DNA of 63,981 nt, filler included, from Olpidium bornovanus S191 (Eukaryota > Fungi > Olpidiomycota): the NCBI GenBank assembly GCA_017911155.1. It is 32 parts of 32 records of this genome, joined end to end, with 100 filler letters (N's around TTAATTAATTAA, not from the genome) between each part and the next. Parts side by side here need not be neighbours in the genome. Positions count along the whole stretch, not along the records: positions 32,462 to 35,213 come from JAEFCI010011818.1; positions 35,314 to 38,254 come from JAEFCI010002582.1; positions 38,355 to 41,958 come from JAEFCI010002425.1; positions 42,059 to 44,507 come from JAEFCI010001606.1; 28 more parts are not named here. One strand, 5' to 3'. Shown here piece after piece: positions 32,613-44,607 of this stretch. The position numbers and the translations under genes were made by a program. The stretch's first letter is position 1, and every line of letters starts with the position of its first letter. The notes below the pieces were generated by a model. It ran no database searches. It worked only from the letters and a program-made list of their open reading frames with translations, and had not been told where the DNA came from.

Positions 32613-35213
32613 ATGATGACAGGAACGAGGTCCGAAGACCGCCGCCGCGCGGAAGACGTCGGGCGAGAAGGGCGGGGAGAGCAACGGCGGCAGGAGGAGG
32701 AGGAGGAGGGGGAGGGCAAGGTGGACGAGGAGGAGGAAGAGTTGCCGGAGGAGGAGGAGACGCTCGTGGCGGCGGGCTGCGGTGCCGGACTCTACCCGGA
32801 TCGCCCGCCCGATCGTCAAAAGCGTTCGGCCGGCGCTTGCGACTCGTCTTCGTCGAGCTCGGCCGGTTCGCCTCGCGGCGCCTCTCCCGGAGACGCCGAC
32901 CCCCGCAAACGGCGGATCAAGGACCGGAAACTGGGCGGCTCGCCAGGCCCGAACGTGCCGCCGTTTTTCGACCGTCGCCGCCAGAAGCTGGCCCCCCAGA
33001 GGCACGGGGGGAAGTGCGTCCCGGCGAAGAAGCTGCAGGCAAAGGACCGCCGAGGAGAGTGCTTTTTGCGCGGCGGTCCCGCGCGCCACGGCGGCCGCCG
33101 GGGCGAGCGCCCCGCCGCGGAGGGCGGCGGTGCGGTGACGCGCCTGCCGAGCGCGGACCAGGAGGGCGACGACGCGGCGCCGTCCGCTCCCGCCCCGAGG
33201 ATTGCTGTCGCCACTTACCTTCAACCCGAAGCGGTCAACTCGGCCCCAGTAGCGGCCGACCGCGGTGAGGAGGAAAACCGTCCGGCGCAGCCGAAGTCGT
33301 CGCCGAGGCCGCCGTCGCCGCAGAGCCAAACCAACGACGCGCTGGGCGCGAGCGCCGGTAAACCCCGACCTTCGACGCTCCCCGAGAACGACGATGCCTC
33401 GGACCTGTCCGACGACAAGGACGACCCCATGGACGCGACCGGCGGCGTGGCGAATTCGCCGACCGTTTCGAGCCACAGCCTTAACATTGATCCGCAGACG
33501 AGCGACGATCTGCGGCGGCTGGCCATGGAGAACACTGATACCCTCGAGCAGCTGGCAACCAAAATAAACACCGCCGCCCCCGGAGCTGCGACGGACAGGG
33601 CGAGGTCGCTGTTCGTCACCACCTGGTAACGCTCGTGACTTCGGGCGGCTCGTCGTCGTCGTTCCCGCCGCCCGCGTCGGCGCGCGCGCTGAGTTTCGAC
33701 CTCCCGCACGCGCAGGCTGATGGCAAACTACGAGGTGGAGGAGGAGCACAATGTGCCGAGGAGCAGCATGTATTCGCACTACCTGAAGTATTGTCAGCAC
33801 CACGGCGTGCGGCCGGTCAACTCCGCTTCCTTCGGGAAGCTCGTCCGCTCCGTGTTTCCGGATCTCAAGACTCGAAGACTCGGAACGCGCGGGCAGAGCA
33901 AGTACCATTACTGTGGGATTCGGATCAGGAGCGCCGGCGCCGGTGCCCAAGCCCCCCCGACCAAGTGCCCGTCCGCGACCGAACCCATGGAAGCCCAGAG
34001 GTGAGAGCCAGATCCGCCTGCTGCCGTTCTGTCCTCGAAACGCCCGTCTGCAGCCGCACGACCGAACGTCGTGACGCCCTCCTTCCCCGTATCCATGAAG
34101 CGCGTCTCCGCCGGATGCCAGAGAAAGGTCGACGTGCGTCAATCAGCCGTCCAACCCTCACGACTTGGAACGCCAGCCGGCCAGCGTTCCGCCGGCCCCC
34201 CCCCCGTTGGAACACCAGCAGCAGGAACCCAACCAACGCCAGCAGGGCCAGCTGCGGTTCCCGCAGTACGAACACCCTCATGAACACTACCGCCATTACG
34301 GGTACGCCAGCCTCCCGGAATTCCCCGTTTTTCCCGAAGCGGGCACCCCCCCGGGATTTCGGTACATGGACGTCGTGTCGCTGCTCGGGTTTTATCGGGG
34401 TTACTGCCAGCAGCTCCTGGACTACGTCCAGACCATGCGGTTTGCGGAGGTGGGTAGGTCGACATTTGGCGAAACGTCGCAGCGGCGGGCTTGGCGTTGA
34501 TTCTGGAAAAGCGGCGGGTGTCAGGCTTCTGTGACTCCCGACGGGGTGACTTTCTCTGACATCGCGGGCGCGCGCCCGACGTCCGGCCCAGGTTGAGGGG
34601 TTGATTAAACAATTCTGGATGGAACTCCCTCAACAACAGCGGCACATGCTCCAGTCGGAGCATATGATAGACTACGTTTACAAAGCGGACGCGATATTGT
34701 TTGATGTGAGTGACGGGGAACCGGCGCGGGATTCCAATTTCCCGAGTTTTCTTGTGTGCCGGATCAAAAACGCTCTGACGCGGAATCCCCTCAAAATCGT
34801 CGGTCAGACGATAATGGGCCTGCTCTTGCCGAACGTGCTGCAGCCGATGCCCCTCCAGGTCATTCAGGCTATCCGCACGTTTGCCCGTCTGCTCGAGACC
34901 TGGCTGCTCACCGCTCTCGCAGGATACCCGGCGACGTTGGTTGAAAAGAAAGTTGAAGGTGAGAACGCCGGCGCGGGAACACCTGAACCTTGTTTCATCT
35001 GCAGGGAGGAGGAAAGAAAAACGGCCTTTACGTCAAATTCTGACCTTGTTCTTCTCGGCCTCCCTTCCCCTCTCCCCCTCCTCGAAACGCGTGCGATGCC
35101 GTCCCGTAGTCGGCCGCGTTTTCTCCGCTCAGCTCCGGCGTCACACCTCCCTAAACCACCTCGTCCAGGCGGCCCAGTCCGTGTTCACGAGTCCCGAGAA
35201 GCTGTACGCCATG
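32613..35213 (+). CDS. RFX: RFX-family transcription factor (3'-partial, multi-exon)
   Basis: DNA-binding domain W|LMANYEVEEEHNVPRSSMYSHY...VNSASFGKLVRSVFPDLKTRRLGTRGQSKYHYCGIR. Dimerisation-region motifs YRGYCQQLLD, LLPNVLQPMP..IQAIRTFARLLETWL and LRRHTSLNHL. GT-AG introns at 33626-33715, 34001-34121 and further downstream. Confidence 0.95.
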
Positions 35214-36434
35214 NNNNNNNNNNNNNNNNNNNNNNNNNNNNNNNNNNNNNNNNNNNNTTAATTAATTAANNNNNNNNNNNNNNNNNNNNNNNNNNNNNNN
35301 NNNNNNNNNNNNNCATGGTCTGAATTGTCAACCATCCAAAACGAGTGTCCTGCCTGGCCTTACGCCACTTTCCCTCCTCGACCTGGTCAAACTCGGTCCT
35401 AACAGTGTGCTCTAACACGATAAGTCGACTTTTGCGTGGTCATTGCCGAGGAGTTTGTATATGGCGCCCGGGAAATATAAACTAAAAGATGTTGCGAGAA
35501 TGGTATTTTCAGCTCAGCCACTATCTTGGCTGATGTGTATGTTTTGATAAAGTATTTCTTAAACAGAACAGGCACAATTGCTTTTACCAGCGAAACAGCT
35601 AGTATTTGCCGGCAGTTTCGTGTTTTACGGGTGTTTCCCGGCTGGCCCATTTTTGTCCTCCTCCGGCCACATTCTTCCGAATCTCCCGCGTCCAATTCGC
35701 CTACCTCGTTGGCCACCACACTTGCGGGATTGAATCCTTTCGTCGCCAGAGCGGCCCGCGTCTCTTCGCTCCTTTCGTGATGCGCACGTTCCGCGCCTGT
35801 CGAGGGTTGCGGCCAAACAAAAAAAAAAAAAAAAAAAAATTATTGCGTTCCGAACATTTCGAGGATGAAAACTCAGGGGCATCCATCGTCATAATCTGAG
35901 ACAAATTGCGTTGGGATTTGTGCGCATCCAAAAGCCCCTGGAAGCGTTGGCGGACCCTTGCCGTCTTTTGAGACAGAAATTATCAAGTCTCTCCGGGCCT
36001 GGCGCGGTTTTTCGTCGTCCGCCTCGGTCCCAAGCCCCGTGTGAAACGCCGCAAAATTTCCCTTTTCGGCACAGCAAAGCACAACCGGAGAATATTCCGT
36101 TGCGTGGCGGGATGGAACGGCCTAATAAGCTTTGGGGAAGAGGAGGGAAAAGACGGGGAGGGGGGAAAGGGTGGGGTAGTCAGCACACTTTGCCCTTGTA
36201 TGTACAGCAGAGGTCAAAACGTAAAATCCGCCCATCGTTACCCTTGTATAGGAAATTCGCAAGGAGAACCGTATTCTCCGCCCGCTGTGGGGAGTCCGGA
36301 ACCCCATTTAAAAAGGAATGGCGAGGGGTAATGCGGCCCAGACCAATCAAATATTTCTAAGTATCTAACTGTATATTATTTAGCGACGCCGTTTTACACC
36401 TGCCCTGTGCCGGGTACGTTCTGTTCTAATTTTT

Positions 36435-37350
36435 CTAATGCGCCGCTGAGTTATAGTATTGTCCGTAGTCGTCAACGAGTTTTCCGACGGCCTCGTGGAG
36501 CCAGTGCGCCGATGGTCCGGACTCGCCTACTGCGGTGTAGTCCACGCCATCCAGGGCGTACAGCACGGAAGTCACTTCAGCAAAATCCAACGCGTCCATC
36601 TTTTCGGCGGCCTGGCGTGGGTCGTCGAGGACGAGAGGTACGACGTTCAAGGCGGGGCCGGCCTCCGTTTCGGTCAGGACCCACAACAAGTGAGTCGTCC
36701 GCCACAGGTCCACGGGGACGGGCTCGCCGTCGTCGTCGACCGCCTCGGGGACGATCAGGAAGTTGGCCGGGACGCTGAGCATGACGTTGTTCTCGAAGTT
36801 CACGGCCAGGTTCCGCCGTTGTCGCCGCCGAAGCGGCGGCCTGTCCCGGCGCGAGGCCTTCGTGGCCAGGCCGCGGAGCGCGGTTTTTGCTGCGGGGGCG
36901 ACCGCCGCGGTGCCGGCGACGGAAACGAACTTGCACCCGACGGCGATCGCCGTGTTCCGGCGGAGCAGCCCCAGGAACTGCGGGGAGAAAATCGCCACGG
37001 CTTCCGGGAGACCGAAAACGTAGCCGCTCAGGGCGCCCTGCAAGGCGCTGACGATTTGTTCGACCGGCTGGTGACCTCTGCTCTTGCACTGCTGGCGGAT
37101 CCTGGGGGCCACGATCAAGTCAGCAATGCTGGATTCGGCGACGATGGCAGAATGGGAACCCAGGGCAGATGCGCACGCGGACGTGGCTACCGCAGTCGCC
37201 AAGCAGCCGCCTGGCAGAAACCTGGAAGCGGCAACTTTCAATCCCGTGTTCACGATGACAAACGTAGTGGAGCCCGTGCAGCAAGCGGCGGCCCGGGTCG
37301 CCCGATCAGAGTCACCGCGGGCGGCGTGAACGACGGCAGGTATAAAACCC
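36435..37350 (-). CDS. Unidentified protein, ~300-aa globular-looking 3' exon
   Basis: Open frame GFIPAVVHAA...FVIVNTG...NLAVNFENNVMLSVP...HLLWVLTE...YYNSAAH* with coding-like GC3. No ATG near the 5' boundary, so an upstream exon is likely. Confidence 0.55.
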
Positions 37351-38458
37351 TGACTCCCGAATGACACGACGATTAGTTGGCGGGGCGGGCAAAAGGTTTT
37401 CGACGAGGGGATTAGGAGTGCGGGGACAACCGCACCAAGGGGCGGCAACGGAAATAAATACGCCGCGCGAAAAGAGGGAGGCGACGTACGATGACGGCGG
37501 ATTTCTCGACCGCGGAGAGGAGCGTGGGCCCCCACGAACCGACTTTGCCGTCCCCCGGCGGGAACGAAAAGTCCCGCGAAACAGCTTCGTCGCCCGCAGG
37601 CCCGGCCGACGGCCCCCGGGGAACAACTTTGTCGGACTGGTGCACCTGCGCGACCTGCCACCGCGGCCAGGCGATTAGATCGGTTGCGACGGCGGGAGGG
37701 GCCAGCAGAGCTGTGGCGGCGGCGGCAACGGCCGCGGCAGGAACGACGAGGACGCGCATGTCTTTCGCGACGCGGGGCGACGAAGGCGGGGGGCAGGTTG
37801 GGGACGCACAGCCGGCGGGGCGGGCGGACCCGACCCGCTACGTACGGGTGGTTACGGTCACGTGAGTGGCGGGAGGGGTACGGTCGCGTGGCCTGACGTT
37901 GCAGCGAAAAGCGAAACAAAAAAAAAAAAAAAAAAAAAAACTTCTGTAGACCCTATGATAAACTAGCGAACTGGTTCGGGAATAATTAGGACAGGGATGG
38001 GCTGCTCTGCGGGGGGAGAGGGGGGGCCGTTCCAGGGGTGGATGGAGTCAGTGCTTCTTTCTGTACTCAGCCTCCCCCCCCTTTCTTAACTCAGTCCCCC
38101 CCCTTTACGATCCGCCGCCGCTGCGCTCCGCAGCCGCCTCTTCGCCGCAAGCCAGCTTTCGAATCGCCTCTGCACCGACGCCGTTCTCAGCGCCGCCTCT
38201 GCGCCGCCTTCGCCGCCCCTTCGCAGCAGCCGCCGCCTTCCCAGCAGCCGCCCANNNNNNNNNNNNNNNNNNNNNNNNNNNNNNNNNNNNNNNNNNNNTT
38301 AATTAATTAANNNNNNNNNNNNNNNNNNNNNNNNNNNNNNNNNNNNNNNNNNNNAAGGATGGAAAACCGATTTTTGTTTTTATTTTATTTTTTTTTGTCA
38401 AAATCGCGTTCAATAATCCCGGTAAAATGTTTGGCCCACCAAAGACACAGTCACGTAC

Positions 38459-39228
38459 TGAGCGTAAACTCCATGAAAAACGCGTGAGCGAGGCTGGCGC
38501 CGCCGTGGAGGGTGACGATGACTTGTTTGACGGGGGGCACGGATCTGTTGGCCGGGAAGACAGCGTACAACCAAAGGGTGGCGGCCGTGGCTGCGACGAG
38601 CTGGACGCTGATGTACAGGAGGCCCTTTCGAACGGACACCTTGCCGGTGACCATGGTCGCGAAAGTGACGGCTGGGTTGAAATGGGCGCCGGAGACGTCG
38701 GCGAAACTGTAAATAAGAGCCACCGACGTAAACGCCGTGGAGATGGCTCCCAGCACGAGGCCCTCGTGTGTCTCAGAACGCTCGTTGTTGATGCCGACGC
38801 CCATCACAATGAACATGAAGAGGAATGTGCAGACGCCTTCCCCGAGCACGGCTTTGATAAGCTTTTGGAAATTTAGATTTTGAAACAGGCAGTTGGAATC
38901 AGCGCATTAGCGGATTTGTGCGCCTGGCCGAAGGCACCGTATTTCCTCTTCCCTACCTCACACCGCCCCAATCTCTTCTTAGAATTTTTCTTATGCGGCC
39001 CCGAAAACTCACCACGCGCCTCTTCTCCGTCAGCTCCCAGTCCATTAGTTCCGTTTTGGCTTGTTCCAGAAGCATAGGGGCGTTGATTCCCTTAATAGCC
39101 CGCTTCTTCTCGTTGACGAACTCCCTGAATCCGGGTTTTGCCTGCGGCGTTTCGTAATCGCCCATGTCGATCTCGACGCTGTGATCGTCGAGGCTCCTGA
39201 AGCCATCGGCGTCCTGAGCTCCGGCCAT
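38459..39228 (-). CDS. Aquaporin (MIP family), N-terminal half (3'-partial; exons 39228-39013, 38861-38459)
   Basis: LIKAVLGEGVCTFLFMF, DVSGAHFNPAVTFA (first NPA), YISVQLVAA, FFMEFTL; GT-AG introns. Confidence 0.93.
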
Positions 39229-39559
39229 CGCGGTTTGCTCAGATTTCTGCAGGCCTCACGCGGTACAGTGGCCTGCTTTGGCGAGCTTATCTCGATCGAA
39301 GTTTTCCTTTCCGCCGTTCTCGCGGCCACTAGCTTCCTCCGAGCCCCCCTTCGGTTTTTTTGTTTCCTCCGAATGTCCTCCTCGGCCGTGGTGCGCTGGA
39401 CGACGCTTATTCTTCAGTCGGCCGTTGCCGTGGGGACCCCGTCATGTTGTGCGCTGCGCATGCAGAAAACGTCACGTGACCCACAAGACGCGTAAAAATC
39501 AAAACCATGAGTCTGCCATTCCAATATTAACTACACCTCTTTTTTCTCTCTGTCTCTTT

Positions 39560-39770
39560 CTCTTCCCGCCATCGCGCGCGCGTGCATCTCTCTCCTCTCT
39601 CTCTCTGTATTTAATTTTTTTATTCTCTCTCTCTTGCCGCCATCGCGCGCGCCCGCGTTTCTCTCTCTCTCTCTCATTTTTTTTTCATCTCTTTCTTGCC
39701 GGTTTTTTTTTTGTATCTCTCTTGCCGCCATCGCGCGCCCCCGTGTTTCTCTCTCTCTTTCTCTCTCCCT
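39560..39770. repeat. Three degenerate copies of CTTGCCGCCATCGCGCGC...(CT)n
   Basis: Core GCCATCGCGCGC near 39568, 39637 and 39726, each followed by a CT tract. Confidence 0.75.
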
Positions 39771-40451
39771 CTTTTTTTTTTCTTTTTTTTTTCTTTTTTT
39801 TTTTTTTTTTTTTTTTCAGGAACCGCAACGCCACACACAAAGCAAAACGTTCCCTCCCGCCGGCGCCAGGAAGGAAGGTACCTGCTGCCCAGCAGTTTTT
39901 TTTTTAGTGGGCGCCAGCAGGTGGCGGGCAGGGTAGCACAGGAGAGGAATCCCAGCATTCCGCCATCCCGGCATCCCGGCATCCCACCGTCCTGCCATCC
40001 TGGCGTCCCGCCAACCCCAGAAGGCATCAAAGAAGGAAGGAAGGAAAGACACTTTAAAGGCAAGCTCAGCTAGTGGGTCTCGGTGAAGGCCACATCCCAG
40101 GGAAAAAGGGGAACACACCGTTGACTACGAGAAAAGAAAACTCCTGTCAGTGGTGGGATTCCAAAGTTACAGGGCGTAAAGCCAGACTCCAGGGAAAGAA
40201 TTCCAGCCAATAAGAAAGTCGTTGCTAGGGAGGTCACATCACCCCCTCATCTGGGCGTGGACGCGTCACACACCCCTCGGTGAAAACAAGGCGCGCCCCG
40301 TCCCCGAAAAATTGCCCCCCCACGACGCCCAGAACTTAGTACGTAGCGAGAAAATCCGTAAAACGGCGACTGCAAAAAGAGAGAAGAGACGAGAACAGAA
40401 AAAGCATTAGAACGTGGTATGAAAAGGGAACATAGAGAAAGAGCGAGCTGA

Positions 40452-40709
40452 AGTGACAGCGACAACGACGAAAGCGAAGTGCACGATGAAGAAGACGAAG
40501 ACCCAAACATATTACCATATCTCAATGAATGGAACACTCCTGACAGCTTTTTACCGGCAATAAATGAGATGTCGCAATTTTTCGACGGTATCGACCTTGA
40601 GCCGTGCTGGAATCCTGAATCTAAAATCAGGGCGAAATACAAATATGGACGTCTTAACAATAATGGAACTTTTATCAATGCTATAACTTTGGATCACTGG
40701 GCTATCTAG
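40452..40709 (+). pseudogene. Truncated phage-type (Dam/PF05869-like) N6-adenine DNA methyltransferase fragment
   Basis: LNEWNTPDSFLPAINEMSQFFDGIDLEPCWNPESKIRAKYKY...FINAITLDHWAI* follows the family pattern W.TP...F..(G)IDLDP......A..YY....D(G/A)L..DW. It stops (TAG) where the NPPY motif should follow. In-frame TGA upstream at 40449. Confidence 0.6.
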
Positions 40710-42856
40710 AACACACGCCGCATAACCGCGCCGCCGCCGGCAGTAGGCCGCGTCTATATAAAGCGCCTATGCCCTACGTACAACTTTAGATGAGAACAAG
40801 AGCACAAACATATAATCCAGATAACAACACAGAACTAGATAGCTAGTTCGCTTCCAGATCCAGACCCAGATTCCAGAGCTAGACTCTTGAAATACACTCT
40901 CCAGATAGCGCATTGCGCAGATTAGGTAATTGTGCTGTGGCACCGTTCACAGCCCCGACCGCCCAGGGCGCCACGGAGGACTCTGTGGAAGAATTTCCAG
41001 GCGCGGTGGCGGAATGGGCGAGGAAGGAGAGGGCCGTGCGGGTAGGGACCGAGAGGGGGACGCGTCGAGAAGGAGAAGGGGCCCAAAATATCGACTCATT
41101 TCGCCGCGGAACCGAGCTGCGGAGAAGAAATAAAACGCGTGAACACAACGCGTGGTGCGTGGGCGAAGAAAGGACACGGTGGCGGAAAAAGGGCAATGTT
41201 GAGGGCTGCCGACTGGTATATAGAAACCTCGGAAGAGAGAGAGAGCAAAAAAGAGCGAGCGCAGTTAGCCCTACTGTCCCCCAGAACGAGGACGCTTCAG
41301 TCCGAGTTGTTTTGGGCCGGAGAGAGATAGAGGAATAGAAGACGTGAACGAACGGAACGGAACCGGCGGATCGCCCGGGGAGTTCGAGAGAAAGAGAGAG
41401 AGAGAGAGAGAGAGCGAAGCGGCCTTTCCCTGCCTTTTGCATTTACCCTTCAAGCCTTAGAGAAGCCCTGGGGCTTAACGACTGACTCCGCTTTTGGATT
41501 AAAGTACAAAACTAGTACAACAACGCCAAGGAAGGTGCGGCTGCAGGCGGCGATACTCGGAGGCGGAGACGGGACGGTCATGTGACCCGTGGCCCGACCA
41601 ATAAAATAGCTCCCCCTCAGCAACGCCACACGCGGTACCCCACCGCCAACCAGGCACCCCCCCCCGGCAAAAGAGACTGCCCCCGCGCACAACCGCGCGA
41701 ACACGGAACCCCGTGTGGGGACAACGACCGCGCAGGAGAGGGACCGCAACCGCGCCTTCGACCGCGCGGACGAGGAACGAACTCTGCCATCGTTCTGCCC
41801 CTCCACTCGGTCGACAAGCATAAATAGCGCCCTCCCCGTTCCGTAGCTCCGTCCCACACAGACTCCACAGACTCGAATCAACCAAGGAAATACCTCCTTC
41901 CTCCCTAACTCGTAGCCTCGTCACTTTACCCGTAGCTCCAGCGCAGACCTGACATGCANNNNNNNNNNNNNNNNNNNNNNNNNNNNNNNNNNNNNNNNNN
42001 NNTTAATTAATTAANNNNNNNNNNNNNNNNNNNNNNNNNNNNNNNNNNNNNNNNNNNNCATGGGTGGTCACGTGACCGGGACAGCGCGTTCTCGCGTGCG
42101 CCCGCTGTCGGCCCCCGCGGAAATATTTCCGAGCGCGGGCGGGCGCGGCGCCCTGGCCCTCTCTCTCCTATCCTTCCTTCCCCATCCCCGCTTCGCGGCA
42201 ACCGGCGCAGCCCCGGTCCGTTGCCGAAACAAGCTCAAAAACAGAACGGCCAGCTTTGCCCTGCGCGGGTCTAACCGAAAAGACGCCGGGAAAAGGCGGA
42301 ATTCCGAGGCTGGGGGGGGGGTCGGGTCGGAAAGCGGAGGGTGCCCGCCCCCCGGCCATCTGCCGTAAAACGTGCGGTCAGTTCGCTCCGGTCACGGCGG
42401 CGGAGCCCTTGAAACGGGGGAAGGTGGGGGGGTCGTTTTCAGCCGCGGAAAAAAAAAAGGAAAACGCGGTCCGTCAACGTCGACGTTTGCCGCCGTCCGA
42501 TCTCGGGAACTCGGAACGGGGCGGCCCCCCGCCTTTCCGCTTTTACTGCTCCCTAACCACCCCCGCCCGCAAGGAAAAACGGAACCCGGCGAAATTATCC
42601 CGTTCTGGATTGGCGGGCGCGCAAACCCGGGCGCAGCGCGTGTTCAAGGCCCGGTGCAACGCGGTGTTTCACACTCGGCGGCGGCGCGTCGTTGCCTTGG
42701 GCGTTCGGACGTTCGAACTACTGGGGAGCGGAGCGACATGGGGGAGCGGGAGGAAGGAAGCGGGCGGGGGGGGGAGGCCGCAGACCGCGCAGTTAACGTT
42801 CGCCCGCGACTGCCGACTTCCGGGGCGTGCGGCGCCGCGGACCTCCCTGGGCGAAT

Positions 42857-44507
42857 CTAAGCCTGCGTCGAGCCGCGTCCCTGCGGCTCGGCCGCTCCGA
42901 GCCCGGCCCCGCCGAAAGCGGGGTCGACGCGAGGGCGGCCGGGCGTCCCGCCGTGGCTTTTGGCGGCAGGGCCGGCGGCGCGTTCCGGTTCGAGCGGCGC
43001 CTGGAGCGCGACCTGCCGCCTACCGACATCTCGAACCGCCGGCGTTTCGGACGACCGGGGCGGCGGCGGCGGCTCCCCCGGGTCCTTCGGTCCGAAAGAG
43101 GCGGCGGAAAACAGTCCTTCGACGGACCACCACCACGCCCTCACGGCTTCCTTGGCCCGGCTGCCCGCAACCGCGATGCGCTCCGCGGCGGCCGTCGTCG
43201 ACCCCTGCGGCGGCGACGGCCGTCCGGGCCCCTCCGCCGCCGGCGAGTGCGGCCTGCGGCCGAAGACGCGGCGCCGGTCGCTCGGAAGCGGCGGCGCGGC
43301 GGGGGCCTCCGCGCGGTCGGCCGGCTCGGGGGGCTTTGTCCCCGCTCTCGCCCGCCCCGTCGGGTGAGCGGGCGTGCTGACGAGGCCGGCGGGCCGCAGC
43401 GCGGGAGGGTCCAGCGGCGCCGACCGCAGCGCGGGCGTCTCGGGCAGCCCGGACGCCAGCGCGCGCGTCCCCTCCTCCGGGACCGCCGACCGCAGCACCT
43501 CCTGCTGCGGCGGGCCGGTTTTGTCCGTCTTCCGGGCGACCCGCCGCCTCGGCGGGCGGATCGACGGGAGGCTCAGAGCGAACGGCCGCGCCGGACGCCC
43601 CTGCGCGCCGGGCGCAGTCCCGCTGCTTTTCTCCCGCGGCAGCGGCGGCGGCCAGCCCCGCGCCGGTCCCCGGCGCCGCATCGTTTTCGCGTGCAGAACT
43701 CTGAGCACCCCGGCGCCGAAAAGCACCCCGTATGCGGCCGCGAGGTAGACGAAGAACCGCTCCTCGCGAGCCATCGACGCCTCGTAGGCGTCCAAAGCGC
43801 GGTTGACGTACCCGCGCTCATCTTCGCCGGGCGACGCGGCGTCCCTCTCCTCCAATCTCAGGCTCCGCGCCTCCGCTCCCGCCGCGGCGGCCTCCTGTTC
43901 TCGAGCCGCGTCCGTTCCGAACAGGTCCACGGACATTTTGTGCGTGTACTTCCGGATGGTGGTGTCGTCGATTTGCAGGATCCCTTCCGGGACCCTGGGC
44001 AAGTTGAGGTGCGAAACGCCCTGCACCCAGGCGATCGCCTTCTGCACCGTCCGTATCCGGTTGGTGATGAAGCAGTTGACGAAGTCCTCCGTGGGCGCTT
44101 TCAGCGGCGACCCCCTGAAAGTCGTCTCGATCCCCTTGGAGATCTCGTCCAGCGCCATGTTCAGGGTGTCGTTCACCACGTCTCCCGTTCTGTTCACCCA
44201 AGACAAAATCTCGTCGTTGAACACGCGCTCCTGCGAGTCGAGAACCGCGTTGCAGGACGCCGAAAACGCCTGCGACGCGCCGCCGACCGCGGCGTTGATC
44301 TTGTTGCCGGCCAGGAAGCCGAGGTCGGTCACCGACTCGGCCAACTCGGGCTGGTGCTGCCGGAACATTGATATGGCTGTCCGCTGCATGTAAATGATCG
44401 CGAGCCCGCCGGCGCCGACGAACAGGCAGATCAGCGCGGGGCCGTAAAATATGTAATCGATGAACCACCTGAGCAGCTGCCGGTTCTCGTTCGACCGGAA
44501 CAACAGC
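42857..44507 (-). CDS. PRM1: Plasma-membrane fusion protein Prm1, C-terminal half (5'-partial)
   Basis: LLRWFIDYIFYGPALICLFVGAGGL, ILSWVNRTGDVVNDTLN, FVNCFITNRIRTVQKAIAWVQ..HLNLPRV and a final TM helix match the fungal Prm1 layout. The 3' tail may be spliced. Confidence 0.8.
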
Positions 44508-44607
44508 NNNNNNNNNNNNNNNNNNNNNNNNNNNNNNNNNNNNNNNNNNNNTTAATTAATTAANNNNNNNNNNNNNNNNNNNNNNNNNNNNNNNNNNNNN
44601 NNNNNNN

